DNA of 64,000 bases from the human T2T-CHM13v2.0 reference genome, Homo sapiens: the NCBI RefSeq assembly GCF_009914755.1, contig NC_060934.1; one strand, written 5' to 3'. This document shows positions 1 through 23,127 of the stretch, one piece after another. The notes beneath the pieces are model-generated. The model did not search any database. It was given only the letters and a program-made list of their open reading frames with translations, and was not told the DNA's origin. The translations under genes and the position numbers were made by a program. How positions within the stretch are numbered: position 1 is the stretch's first letter; each line of letters opens with the position of its first letter.

Positions 1-2
1 AA

Positions 3-302
<300 letters not shown>

Positions 303-859
303 TAATCATGAGTTGGGGGGAGATCGCTCAGAGAGAAAGTAGACTGAGAAGGTGGCCTTGGGCAGAGCTGGGGAGTACCAATATTTTATGTATTTTATTT
401 TTTAGATATGGGATCTTGCTCTCTCACCCAGGCTAGAGGGCAGTGGTGAGATTTCCAGCTCACTGCAGCCTCGAACTCCTGGGTTCAAGCTCCTCCCTCA
501 GCCTCTTGGGTAGTTGGGATTATAGGTGTGCACCACCATGCCTGGCTACCAATATTTAGAGATGGGCAAAGAGAAGTCCCTCAAAAGTGACTGAGGTTGA
601 GTAGCTCTGGAGTTAGAAAGAAAACCAGGTTCCTGCAATGCTGTAGAGCCCAGGGAAGAATATGTTCTTAAAAGGAGAGAGTAGGAGCTGGGTGCGGTGG
701 CTCATGCCTGTAATCCCAGCACTTTGGGAGGCCGAGGCAGGTGGATCACAAGGTCAGGAGATCGAGACCATCCTGGCCAACATAGTGAAACCCCATCTCT
801 ACTAAAATACAAAAAATAAGCTGGGTATGGTGGCATGCACCTGTAGTCCCAGCTACTCA

Positions 860-1015
<156 letters not shown>

Positions 1016-1820
1016 TTAGACATAGTCTGTCTGGATTTTAGCCACAAATATAAAGGTTTCCTACTTCATATGACACTGATGGAGAACTTGAATAAGGTTC
1101 AAAATAGAACCCTTAGCAATTTATAGGACTAACCCCCAGGCTGAAATCAGTTCGTTTCCTGGGATGGTTTGATTCATTTATTTGAGCTATTATGGATCCA
1201 CCTAACTGGTGTATGAGTGCAAACACATCCTGTGTGTGTTCAATACCTCTCTGTTCTTTCCTCACTAAACCTGCTACAAGTAAAGAGGTGTGCTTTGGCT
1301 GGGTGAGGTGGCTCACGCCTGTAATCCCGGCACTTTGGGAGGCCGAGGTGGGTGGATCATGGCATCAGGAGATCGAGAGCATCCTGGCTAACATGGTGAA
1401 ACCCTGTGTCTACTAAAAATAGAAAAAATTAGCTGGGCGTGGTGGCGGGTGCCTGTGGGCGCCTGTAGGCGCCTGTAGTCCCAGCTACTCAGGAGGCTGA
1501 AGAAGGAGAATGGCATGAACCCAGGAGGTGGAGCTTGCAGTGAGCCAGGATCACGCCACTGCACTCCAGGCTGGGCAACAGAGCAAGACTCCGTCTCAAA
1601 AAAAAAAAAAAAAAAAGTTGTGCTTTGGCAGTGCATAGAATACAAACCCAAGCGCATGGGTGGCTCTGAAATCATTCCACAGCAACACTTGTTCATAAAA
1701 TGGACCTTATAAGTTTTAAAATATGTGGGCCAGGTACATTGGTTCACGCCTGTAATCCCAGCACTTCAGGAGGCATGGCAGGCAGATCACGAGGTCAGGA
1801 GATCAAGACCATCCTGGCTA

Positions 1821-2150
<330 letters not shown>

Positions 2151-2433
2151 TCAGGGGTTCAAGACCAACCTGGGCAACATGGTTAAACTCCATCTCAACC
2201 AAAAAAAAAAAAATTAGCCAGATGTGGTGGTGCACGCCTGTAGTCTCAGCTACTCGGGAGACTGAGGCAGGAGGATCACTTGAGCCCAGGTTGCAGTGAG
2301 CTGTGATGGTTCTTGGCCGGGTGCGGTGGCTCACGCCTGTAATCCCAGCACTTTGGGAGGCCGAGGCGGGCAGATCATGAGGTCAGGAGATTGAGGCCAT
2401 CCTGCCTAACATGGTGAAACCCCGTCTCTACTA

Positions 2434-2640
<207 letters not shown>

Positions 2641-2732
2641 CTAAAATAAATAAATAAATAAAAAGTAAGGTGTCTAGGGCTGTAAGAGCTTCTTTGAAAA
2701 TCTGATTTTTGTGATTTGTAGTCATCTCCTAA

Positions 2733-3032
<300 letters not shown>

Positions 3033-3125
3033 TGAGGAGACCCGAGGGGCATGTTGAAGTACGGTCAGGGAGGAGCATTCTTGGGATTCTAGAAGTTCTG
3101 AGGAGGCCTGTTTTCTCAAGGTTCA

Positions 3126-3477
<352 letters not shown>

Positions 3478-4478
3478 TCAATTTATTCTCAAAATCACTC
3501 CCAAAAGTAGTTATTGTCCTCTTTATTTTGTAGATGGAGAAACAAAGAGGACTTATATGACTCATAGCTGCTCAGTGGCAGAGGTGGGGTGAAATCCAGG
3601 GCTACTTCCATTCCAAAGCTGATACCCCCCTCATTCTGTTTTCTTTCCCAGCCTGGGAACTTAGAAAAAGTTGGGCCTGCATCATCAGTCATGATTTCAG
3701 GGTCCTACCTCATGTTACTTTTTGAAGTTAATCTTGCAAATATCAAATTCTGATTGTGTGCATCAGTGAGTCATGTTTCAGTCATCTAATGCCGTGTAAT
3801 AAACTACCCCAAGACGTAATGGCATTTAAACCCTCAATGATCATTTTAGTGTCTCTTAGGGTTCGGGGGGTTACCTGGGCTTTGCAAGGTGGTAGTTTTC
3901 TCTCTTTTTTCTTTTTTTTTTTTTGAGACGGGCCTCCAAAGGCCCTTTTCTTGAGCCTCTGCAGAAAGATTTGATTTCTCAGCACCTCATAAAAGCAAAC
4001 ACGTTAATGTGGAAAACATTAAGCGACATGATTAATGGCTCAGTTGGAATATAGTGGTGATGCATCTTAACTTCCTCAAAAGACCAATACTTTAAATCTT
4101 TTTATACAAAAAAGAAATACAATGAACTTTGTTGTAAGAAACCATGAGTTGGCCGGGTGCGGTGGCTCATGCTGGTAATCCCAGCATTTTGGGAGGCCGA
4201 GGCGGGCAGATCACGAGGTCAGGAGATTGAGACCATCCTGGCTAACACAGTGAAACCCCGTCTCTACTAAAAAAAATAACAAAAAAATTAGCTGAGTGTG
4301 GTAGCAGGCACCTGTAGTCCCAGCTACTCGGGAGGCTGAGGCAAAAAAAAAGAGCATCTAATAGCAAGGCGTGAAGCCGGGAAGCGGAGCTTGCAGTGAG
4401 CCAAGATCGTGCCACTGCACTCCAGCCTGGGCGACAGAGCGAGACTCCGTCTCAAAAAAAAAAAAAGAAACCATAGGC

Positions 4479-4722
4479 CAGAGGTGTCCAATCTTTTGGC
4501 TTCCCTGGGCCACATTGGAATTAGAATTGTCTTGGGCCATACATAAAATACACTAACACTAATCATAGCTAATGAGCTGCAAAAAAAATCACAAAGAAAA
4601 TCTCACAATGTTTTAAGAAAGTTTATTCATTTGTGTTGGGCCACATTCAAAGCTGTCCTGGGCCACATTCAAAGCTGTCCTGGGCCACATGCAGCCTGTG
4701 GGCTGTGGGTTGGACAAGCTTG
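4479..4722 (+). mobile_element. MER30 (hAT-Charlie MITE) with an internal 22-bp tandem duplication
   Basis: Starts cagaggtgtccaatcttttggcttccctgggccac, ends ggttggacaagcttg; tgggccacattcaaagctgtcc repeated at 4637 and 4659. Confidence 0.85.
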
Positions 4723-4868
4723 CTAAGCAATATAAAGTAAAGGTTGGGGCCGGGTGTGGTGGCTTATGCCTGTAATCTCAGCACTTGGAGAGGCCGAGGC
4801 AAGAGGATCACCTGAGGACAGGAGTTCGAGACCAGCCTGGCCAAGATGGTGAAACCCCATCTATACTA

Positions 4869-5126
<258 letters not shown>

Positions 5127-5193
5127 CTAGTTTTACTACTTCATGACCTTTGACCATATTTTTAGTTTTTTCTTTAGAAAAAAATTGAGATAA

Positions 5194-5622
<429 letters not shown>

Positions 5623-5820
5623 TAAATATGAAAATTTATTTTGCATAGGAAACAATAATCTCTGGTAAAAATCATTACTGCATATAACAAAACAATGCCT
5701 TCAATTAAAGGGGGAAAGTGAGTTTTTAAACATTGGGGTTAATTTAGAAGAAAATACAGTATATAATAATCTCAACATCATGTTTAGGAACATGATTATT
5801 TTTTAAGATGACCCCTTTGA

Positions 5821-6235
<415 letters not shown>

Positions 6236-6238
6236 TCA

Positions 6239-6343
<105 letters not shown>

Positions 6344-6497
6344 TCAAAAAAAAAGGAGCATTTAATAGCAAGGGCATAGGTCAGCCTCACTGCCTATAAA
6401 GATATATAGCCTGGCTGACATAGAGAAACCCCATCTCTACTAAAAATACAAAAATTAGCCAGGGGTGATGGTGCACACCTGTAATCCCAGCTAATCA

Positions 6498-6647
<150 letters not shown>

Positions 6648-6940
6648 TTAACTCTGAGCTTAAATCCCTCATTACTTCAACACAACAGATCATATAACAC
6701 ACACCATTTTATTATTTTATTTTTCCTCAGAGATCCTTGTTCTGAGCATATCACTTTATTCTAAGTAGCAAAATGTTGGTTGCCAAAATATTGACCTATT
6801 GGCTCTCCTCAGAGTCAAAATACTTCTCGTGTATGTGTCTACTCACTCTATAAAAGACCTTACTTAAGACTTACTTAAGACCTTACTTCTGACTGGGCAC
6901 AGTGGCTCGCGCCTGTCATCCCAGCCCTTTGGGAGGCTTA

Positions 6941-7234
<294 letters not shown>

Positions 7235-7535
7235 TTATTTATTTATTTTATTTTTATTTTTTTGAGATGGAGTCTTGCCCTGTCGCCCAAGTAGCTGGGA
7301 TTACAGGCACGTGCCACCACACCCAGCTAATTTTTGTATTTTTAGTAGAGACGGGGTTTCATCATGTTGGCCAAGATGGTCTCGATCTCCTGACTTCATG
7401 ATCCACCCGCCTCGGCCTCCCAAAATGCTAGGATTACAGGCGTGAGCCACCACACCTGGCCTTTTAAACAAAATTTTTTAAAAATTTATTTAAAATTTAT
7501 TTTTCTTTTGTTTTCTTTTTTTTTTTTTTTTTTGA

Positions 7536-7748
<213 letters not shown>

Positions 7749-7929
7749 TGATTCACTCCCATCAGCCTTCCAAAGTGCTGGGATTACAGGCATGAGCCAC
7801 CGCGCCCAGCCTAAAATGTGTTAGCCAGGATGGTCTCGATCTCCTGACCTCATGATCTGCCCACCTCGGCCTCCCAAAGTGCTGGGATTAAGGCATCAGC
7901 CACCGTGACTGGCCTAAAATTTCTTTTAA

Positions 7930-8154
<225 letters not shown>

Positions 8155-8812
8155 TAGATTTTCAGTAGAGACGGGGTTTCACCATGTTGGCCAAGTCTCA
8201 AACTCCTGGCCTCAAGTGATCCACCTGCCTTGGCCTCCCGAAGTGCTGGGATTACAGACGTGAACCACCATGCCTGGCCTGGTCTTACTTCTTAAGAACT
8301 AAAGATACTTAAGTTCAGAACTTAATCTGAGATGATCAAAAGATGACATGTGGAAGACAGGCTCAGTACAAATGAATGGAACTGAACCTCTGCTGGGGCT
8401 GTGACCAGGACTCTGGAATGTCAAGATGGCAAGAAGCCCCTTCCTAATAGTTTGGGTAGTTGGATAGTTTGCAGCCTTGATTCATACCGTAGAGCCCCGT
8501 GTGAAAACTGGGGTACTGGGAAGAGGCAGCAGAAATCTAAGGCCTGGATTCCAGTCCAGAAGAACACACATTCTAAGGGGGTTTCCTTGGGGTGAGTTAT
8601 TCTGCCGCTCAGGTTATTCTCCTCAGCCCCTCCTACTGTCCGGGATCCTAGGAAAACCATCCCGCTGTGTCCGTGTTATGTCTCTCTCCGGGATATGTAG
8701 TAAAGTGGCATTGCTGTGGCCACTTGGGGAGTGTGGGGCCATCTCACAACACACACAGACTTATCTGCCTTCCACTGGAGAAGCTGGCTGTCTCCTGGCA
8801 GCTCACGTCTGA

Positions 8813-9058
<246 letters not shown>

Positions 9059-9629
9059 TGATTGATTGTAACAGAATAAAACTGCTGGTTTCATTCTGGT
9101 GATAAATGATGGTGATGGTGATGGCCGGGCACTGTGGCTCACACCTGCAATCCCAGCCTGTTGGGAGGATGAGGCAGGAGGATGGCTTGAATCTAGGAGT
9201 TTGAGACCACCCTGTGGAACAAAGTGAGACTTTGTCTCTACCAAAAATAAAATAAGTTAGCCAAGCATGGTGGCACGCACCCGTGTTCCCAGCTACTCAG
9301 GAGACTGAGGCCAGAGGATCACTTGAGCCCAGGAGTTTGAGGCTGCAGTGAGCTATGATCTCACCACTGCACTCCAGGCTGGGCAACAAAGCAAGATGCT
9401 GCCTGAATATAAATAAATTTTTAAAAAGTAAAACTCATGGTGATCATTCATTTTAGGAAGTCAACTAAGGCTGGGCAAGGTGGCTCATACCTGCAATCCC
9501 AGCACTTTGGGAGGCTAAGGCAAGAGGAGTGCTTGAGCCCAGGAGTTCAAGACCATGGGTAACCTCGCAAAACTCTGTCCCTACAAAAATAAAAATTAGG
9601 TGGCATGGTCTCTACAAACATGAAAATTA

Positions 9630-9788
<159 letters not shown>

Positions 9789-9838
9789 CTAAGCATATGA
9801 GCAGTTGGTCCAGGAGGTAGCTTAGACAGTTTAGTTAA

Positions 9839-10114
<276 letters not shown>

Positions 10115-10278
10115 TGATCTTCCCGTCTCAGCCTCCCAAAGTGCTGGAATTACAGGCATAAGCCACCACTCCTGGCTTTAAATTTTCTTTTTTGTTGTAT
10201 GATTTCAACTCAGCACTTCTTCCCTAGACTCCATTGTGATGAATGCCATTTTTTTCCTTTTGAATGTATCCACAATAG

Positions 10279-10617
<339 letters not shown>

Positions 10618-10919
10618 TGAAAGCACATGGCAGACATTCATGATGAAACTGAGATGACCTTTTGGAAAAAGATTCTGGGATTGTTTTAAAAACTAACAGG
10701 AGATTCATGAGGTTTAGTCTTCAGGCAACTGGCTTTAGCCTGGGGCTTCCACTTCTGTTTTCCTTGCATGGCTTATGAATTAACTTGGGGTTTGGGCTGG
10801 CAAACCTGCTCCTTCTTAGAGCACAGATGTCATTATCTCTCTGGAAGTATGGCCTTCTTGGAAACTTTGTGGTTCCCATACATATAACAAGACAAGCGTG
10901 AAAAAAAAAAAGACTTTAA

Positions 10920-11258
<339 letters not shown>

Positions 11259-11650
11259 TAGCCTATTTTTTTTTTTGCTTGTTTATTTGAAAATGAAAGT
11301 CTTTGGTATTAAGGCACATAACACAAATTATCAGTGTGGTTCGTTCTTTTTCTACCCTGTCTCCCAGTTTTTGGTAACACAACAAGTATCTTTTAGAGGT
11401 TTGGGCTGTGGTCATGTTTCTTCTGTGAGTATTCATTTAAATATGAACCTTTAACTACAGGAGATCATGAAACCTGGATTTCAGAATCAGTCTTCAAATT
11501 CCACAGAAATAGATAAATATATAAGGCAATCAAATATTCTATGTTTGTAAATGCCACGTTATCCTATGCATTTTAATTTTTCACAGGCCAGAAACTTGTA
11601 GTGAATAAATTGGGAGTAGGCAGAATTGGATTTCATTATGATATGGCCGG

Positions 11651-11775
11651 CCCTCCCTCCCTTCCTTCCTTCCTTTTTTCCTTCCTTCCTTCCTTCCTTC
11701 CTTTTTTCCTTCCTTCCTTCCTTTTTCCTTCCTTCCTTCCTTCCTTCCTTCCTTCTTCTTTCTCTCTCTTTCTTT
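11651..11775. repeat. (CCTT)n / pyrimidine microsatellite at an antisense Alu tail
   Basis: ccttccttcc... directly visible. Confidence 0.95.
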
Positions 11776-12148
11776 CAAGATGGGTTCTCAATCTTTTGTC
11801 CAGGCAGGAGTGCAATGGTGCAATCATAGCTCACTGTAGGCTCAAATGCCTAGGCTCAAGCAATCTTCCTGTCTCAGCCTCCCAAGTAGCTGGGCCTACA
11901 GGTGCATGCCATCATACCTGGCTGATTTATTTTATTTTATTTTGTGGAGACATGATCTTGCTGGGTTGGCCAAGCTGGTTTCAAATTCCTAGCTTCAAGC
12001 AACCCTCCTGCCTTGGCCTCCCAAAGTGTAGATATTACAGGTGTGAACCACTGCACCTGGCCTGATAGGGTGTTTCTAAATAGAAATCTTGAAATCATTA
12101 GCCAGACATTCTGTTTACCTTTCACATAATTTATAATACTCTATTTTA

Positions 12149-12385
<237 letters not shown>

Positions 12386-12388
12386 TTA

Positions 12389-12538
<150 letters not shown>

Positions 12539-12580
12539 TTAGCCGGGTGTGGTGGTGCATGCCTATAATCCCAGCTACTA

Positions 12581-12685
<105 letters not shown>

Positions 12686-12686
12686 T

Positions 12687-12721
<35 letters not shown>

Positions 12722-12800
12722 ATTCCAACCTGAAAACCTAGATTTCTTAATCCCTTATGTTTCTTTTCTCCCCACCCGCTCCCCTTGCCTCATGATTTAG

Positions 12801-12977
<177 letters not shown>

Positions 12978-13927
12978 TAACACAGGGAGGAACTGATATT
13001 GCTGAAGCCGACATGGAATTCCTAGGGAAACCTCTGGTGCACACAGAACAATGAGCCTCACTGGTTATCCCTCCTTTCATTTAATTAATTAATTAATTAA
13101 TTAATTTTTTGAGATGGAGTCTTGCTCTGTCACCCAGCCTGTAGTGCAGCAGCACGATCTTGGCTCACTGCAACTTCTGCCTCCCGAGTTCAAGTGATTC
13201 TCTTGCCTCAGCCTCCTGATTAGCTGGGACCACATGCGTGCACCACCATGTCTGGCTAATTTTTTTTTTTTTTTTTTTTAGATGGAGTCTCGCTCTGTTG
13301 CCCTTTCCAGCTTGTACTCCATGCTGGAGTACGTGATCTCGGCTTACTGCAACCTCCGCCTTTCGGGTTCAAGTGATTCTCATGCCTCAGCCTCCCAAGT
13401 AGTTGGGACTACAGGTGTACACCACCACACCTGTCTAATTTTTGTATTTTTAGTAGAGACGGGGTTTCACCATGTTGGCAGGCTGGTCTCGAACTCCTGA
13501 CCTCTGGTGATCTGCCTGCTTAGGCCTCCCAAAGTGCTGGGATTAAAGGCGTGAGCCACCATGCCCAGCCTATCAGTGTGATTTTTAAATCCAAAGAAAT
13601 AAGACAAGGATGGAGCCACAGTGTGCCATCTCAAATTTCTTATAACTGGATGGGTGATCTGGTACAAGTCAGAGATCAACACAATGAGTACAACACCAGA
13701 GTTGTTATCTCTAGGATATTCAAACTTGGAGTGCCCAGGGGCTTAGTGATAAGGGATGTGTTCAACCACTAAACTTGGTGAAATAGTATAGTTAGAAATA
13801 AGATGTGAAGGCTGGGCACAGTGGCTCACGTCTGTAATCCCAGCACTTTGGGAGGCTGAGGCAGGTGGATCATCTGAGCTTGGGAGTTCGAGACCAGCCT
13901 GACCAACATAGAGAAACCCCGTCTCTA

Positions 13928-14089
<162 letters not shown>

Positions 14090-14351
14090 TCAAAGGGCAA
14101 AAAAAAGAAATAAGATGTGAAGAATCAAAGTCAGCTTCTTTTTTATCTGTGGAAATTGGTAGGTTTTTTTGTTGTTGTTGTTGTTTTGAGAGTCTTGCTC
14201 TGTTACTCAGACTGGAGTGCAGTGGTACAATCATGGCTCACTGCAGCCTTGACATCCCTGGCTCAAGAGATCCTCCCTCCTCAGCCTCCTTAGTAGCTGC
14301 GATTTACAGACACATGCCACCATGCACAGCTAATTTTTTTTTTTTTTTTGA

Positions 14352-14693
<342 letters not shown>

Positions 14694-15029
14694 TGAACCT
14701 CTGGTCTTGTGTGATCCCTCTTCAGCCTTCCAAACTGCTGAGATTACAGGCGTGAACCACTGTGCCAGGCTGAAATTGGTCATCTTAAGATAAAGACAGT
14801 GCTGTTATTACCCATTCCCAGTTTCACAGTTTACAAGGCTGTTTGATGGTAGCAACTATTCTCCTTTTATACAAACAGCCTGGACTGGATGCCTCTTGGG
14901 CTTGTCTATGTGAATCCTTTATGATTAGTCTGATGAAGATTCTTTGGAGCAAATTTATCTTTTTCTAAGGTACATCCTTTAATGACCCTTTTATCTCAGG
15001 GAGAAAGAGAGTAATGATAATAACAGTAA

Positions 15030-15220
15030 CAAAATAAATATTAACTACTATGTACCAGGCACTGTTAGGCATTACAATTGTTTGTGCATTCACTCATCGA
15101 ACCTTTGCAACATCACTAAGAGGTAGGAGCCCCATTCCCGATTTATAGATAAGTAGGTTGAGATTTGTAGCTTTACCAAGGTCACACAATAAGTCCCAGA
15201 GTTGGAACTTGCCAGCTGGT
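15030..15220. mobile_element. MIR fragment
   Basis: actatgtaccaggcactgt...cccgatttatagataag...ccaaggtcacaca core-like sequence. Confidence 0.6.
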
Positions 15221-15327
15221 CTCCAAAGCTGGGGTTGTTAACCAAACCAATATCTACCTGTGAGGATTGGGCTGTCTTTTGATGCAGGAAGTAGGGCTTA
15301 GAGAGGGCCAGTGTCATTCTGGGTTAA

Positions 15328-15600
<273 letters not shown>

Positions 15601-16469
15601 TAAAATTACTATTATTATTCTTTTGAGATGGAGTCTTGCTTTGTCACCCAGTCTGGAATGCAGTAGCACGATCTTGGCTCACTGCCATCTCCACCTCCCG
15701 GGTTCAAATGATCCTCCTGCCTCAAGTGATCCTCTTGCCTCAACCTCCCGAGTAGCTGGGATTACAGGCGTGTGCCACCGTGCCTGGCTAGTTTTCATAC
15801 TTTTTAGTAGAGATGGAGTTTTGCCATGTTGGCCAGGCCGATGTCAAACTCCTGACCTCAGGTGATCTGCCTGCCTCGCCCTCCCAAAGTGCTGGGATTA
15901 CAGGCATGAGCCACCATGCCCAGGCAGGACATGAAACTTTAAGAGCTAAAGCTGACACAGTTCTGGGCTGGAGTGCAGGTGGCACAGTCTTGGCTCACTG
16001 CAACCTCTGCCTCCTGGGTTCAAGCAATTGCAATTCTTGTGCCTCAGCTTCCTGAGTAGCTGGGATTACAGGTATGCATCACCACGCCTGGCTAATCTTT
16101 GTATTTTTAGTACAGACAGGGGTTTCGCCATGTTGGCTAGGCTGGTCTCAAACTCCCGGTCTCAAGTGATCCACCTGCCTTAGCCTCCCAAAGTGCTAGG
16201 ATTACAGGCATGAGCCACCGTGCCTGGCCTCCCATACTCTTCACACTTGACATGGTTCCTCATTGAATAGAAAAAGGGCAATAGAAAACTCAGCAGATGG
16301 GAAGATTGAAGCAGGGGGAATTAAGCAAACCTCGCCCAAATCTATTTACTGCAGTGTCGGCAGGACCAGAAATAGAACCTCAGTGATTCATTTCTACAAA
16401 CCATAGCTGCAGACCTGCCTGGCACCTTGGTGAGAGGTAACTCAGAAGATTCTAATGAATGTTCAGAAC

Positions 16470-17431
<962 letters not shown>

Positions 17432-18583
17432 TTAATGTGACGGAGGGGGAATTTGTTACTTTGGAACTTCCTTTTCTAGATACTAGAAAATAAAATAGAT
17501 TCCCCTCCTCCAAGTTTATTTCCTTATAGATATAAATTAAAGCAGAGGAATACACGTTTTATGAGCGTTTCTGATCCTTGGTACCAGAAAGAGGACTGCT
17601 CTCAGAAGAACTAATTGTGTTCTGTTTAGCTCTGAATTTAGCAGCTGAATGACTCAGTGAACCTCAGGGTTCTATTTTATTTTATTTATTTTTTTGAGAC
17701 ACGGTCTTGCTCTGTCGCCCAGGCTGTAGTGCAGTGGTATGATCACGGCTCACTGTAGCCTCGACTTCCTGGGCTCAAGCGATCCTCCCGCCTCCACCTC
17801 CTGAGAACCTGGGACTACAGGCGCTTGCCACTATGCCTGACTAGATGGGGTCTCACAGCGTTACCCAAGCTGGTCTCGCCATCTGCCCGTCTCGGCCTCC
17901 CAAAGTTCTGGGATTGCAGGCATGAGCCTCCTCACCTGGCCCCAGGGCGTTAGCTTTAAAATCTATCCTGCTTTCTTCTCTCTTTTATCAGGATTAAATA
18001 TGATAATATATGTGAATAGACTTTATAGTTGAAAGTATGACATGAATGTAGAGTGACATTTATTGTAACACCCAGGTGTTGATGATTGTAGTTAAAGGAT
18101 GATAGATGCAACCTGAAAGATTGCAACTTTCAGACTGGAGCAACTTTGGGTTCCATACCTTTTTAGATAAAGGGGGGTGCTGATTGGATAGACAGTGTGG
18201 GTCAGTCTTGGAAATAATTGTCAGAATTTACCAAATCATAGAAAAACTCTGTTAATTATTTCTATTTGGATGCAGACAAAAACTTATAAATTTGTTTTCT
18301 CTCACTTGCCTGGAAAAGAGGTTGTTACTATGAGTGCCTTCATTTATTAAATTAATTTATTATATTTAACATTGTTTATTTATTTTGTTTCTGTTTTATA
18401 AACTTATTGAGATGAACGTGACATAATATAAAATTGGCTGTCTTAATGCGAACAACTCAGTGGCATTTATTTACCTTCACAAAGTGGTGCAACCATCACT
18501 TCTGTCAAGTTCCAAAACATTTTTCCTGAATGCCTTTTTATTTTATTTTTATTTATTTTTAATTTTATTTATTTGTTTTTTGA

Positions 18584-18875
<292 letters not shown>

Positions 18876-18928
18876 TAGAGTGCTGACACTCCACCGCCCT
18901 TGACAGTGACTCTCCTTGTCTCTATTAG

Positions 18929-19372
<444 letters not shown>

Positions 19373-19823
19373 TGATTCATTTGACAAATATTTATTGTGT
19401 GTCGTTAGGTTCTAGAAACTGATCCTAGTGTTGTTTTGGTACTGATAGTCAGTTACCTCAGATTTTCTCTTCTTTTCTTTTTCCTCCATGTATTTATTTA
19501 TTTATGCATGTTCATACATTACATGTACCTGGAATACATGCACACTATAAAAAATACAGAGATACAAGAATGTCTGTTTTTATTTTTCCAACCAGTGAGT
19601 AGAAAACACTTTGTTTCAGGTGGCTTAAATAAAAGAAACAAAAGTCAACACACATACCCCAAGGTAGCCCCCTAAACATGCTCATGTTTTACGTATTGTC
19701 TTAGGATCACTATAGGATGACAAACCACCCTGGTGGGCCTGGGACTTAGGGGTTTTCTGGAATGTGGGACTTTAAGTGCTAAAACAAGGAAAGCAAAGAG
19801 TTAAATGTCTTTTTCTTTCTTAA

Positions 19824-20075
<252 letters not shown>

Positions 20076-20176
20076 TGAACTCCTGACCTCAATTGATCCA
20101 TCCACTTTGGCCTCCCAAAGTGCTGGGTTTACAGGTGTGAGCCACCATGCCTAACATGAATTATTTTCAAACACTA

Positions 20177-20344
<168 letters not shown>

Positions 20345-20347
20345 TCA

Positions 20348-20476
<129 letters not shown>

Positions 20477-21247
20477 TTAAAAAAAAAAAACCAACCCACT
20501 AACTTTAAGTTTTTATTATAGGTACAGAGACTATTACAACAAACTATTAATATGTACTCATCACTCAGCTTAGGAAATAGGATGTTATAAATACAGTTCC
20601 CCACATACCCCTCCTTGATCCATCTCCTCCCACCTCCGCAGAGGTAACCACTAACCTAAGCACGTGTTTGTTTTGCCTGTTTTAAAATTGTATATAGGCC
20701 GGGTGTGGTGGCTCACTCCTGTAATCTGAGAACTTTGGGAGGCCAAGCCGGGCAGATTATTTGAGTTCAGGGGTTCAAGACCAGTCTGACCAACATGGCG
20801 AAACCCCTTCTCCACTAAAAAGTACAAAAATTAGCTGGGCGTGGTGGTGCGCACCCATAGTCCCAGCTACTTAGGAGGCTGAGGCAGGAGAATCACTTGA
20901 ACCAGGGAGGCTGAGGTTGCAATCAGCCAAGATCACGCCACTGCACTCTAGCCTGGGTGACAGAGTGAGACTGCCTCAGAAAAAAATAAATAAATAAAAA
21001 CTGTATATAATTGCTCTCCTTCTCTAATGTATCCTTTTGTACTCTGTTTTTATTCAGCATTGTTTTTGATGCTTAATTTCGTTGCTTTTTTTTTTTTTTT
21101 TTTGAGATCAAGTCTTGCTCTGTCGCCCAGGCTGTAGTGTAGTGGAGCCATCTCAGCTCACTGCAACCTCCGCCTCTCAGGTTCCAGTGACTCCCTGCCT
21201 CAGCTTCCTGAGTAGCTGGTATCATAGAGACACGCCACCAGGCCTAG

Positions 21248-21409
<162 letters not shown>

Positions 21410-21457
21410 TGAAAAAGGAAATGGACTCTTAGACGTTCCTTTTTTTTCTTCCTCTGA

Positions 21458-21869
<412 letters not shown>

Positions 21870-22347
21870 AAGGTAAGAATTTTCTGTCTAGCTAGTAGAG
21901 AGTACTTTTAATCACGTTTGCTACCTGTTACCTTTGCAGTTTATTTGAGTTATAACTACCTCCCATTGTGTTCATTGACCAGAGAGGTTCTAAAGCATGT
22001 TAATTTTTCTTTCCTGACAATATTACTTATTTGTAGTATAAGTCATGCTGACAACCTTCATCAGAGTATAGACATAGGACAGTTATGCCTGGGAAACAAA
22101 GGGCTAGTGCTGGATGTACTGGAAAGATAGTTTTCTCTAAAAATTGCAGGGCACATGATACCTCTCCATTCTTATGCAATCTCATCTTAACTATAGACTT
22201 TTGAATATTGGACAGCATATATTAATAACTATCTGTTATCCTAAGGAAAATTCTCAGGATTAAGCCAGTATATAAGAATTTACAGTCACCACACCTTATT
22301 ATTAGGTTATTTATGGGAATCTGACTTTTTTTTTCTTGCTTGCTTAA

Positions 22348-22668
<321 letters not shown>

Positions 22669-22872
22669 TAGGCTGGAGCTTTCTTCTTCTGGTGACATAT
22701 CTGTAATCATGTAAATGTCAAATCAATGTGTGTTTTGTCAACTCAAAGTTGACATTATCATCTGCATATTGCTGTAATTCATTAAAGTTAGTCAAAGATA
22801 TGGATAAGTCAGTATTCCTTGCCTACTTAAGGATAGCAAAATCGCACATCCTCAAGGTTACCTGTTCCCTAA

Positions 22873-23127
<255 letters not shown>

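Noticed and set aside
11581-12065. KEGR / PSFL repeat ORFs
   Set aside because: Translation of the (CCTT)n microsatellite
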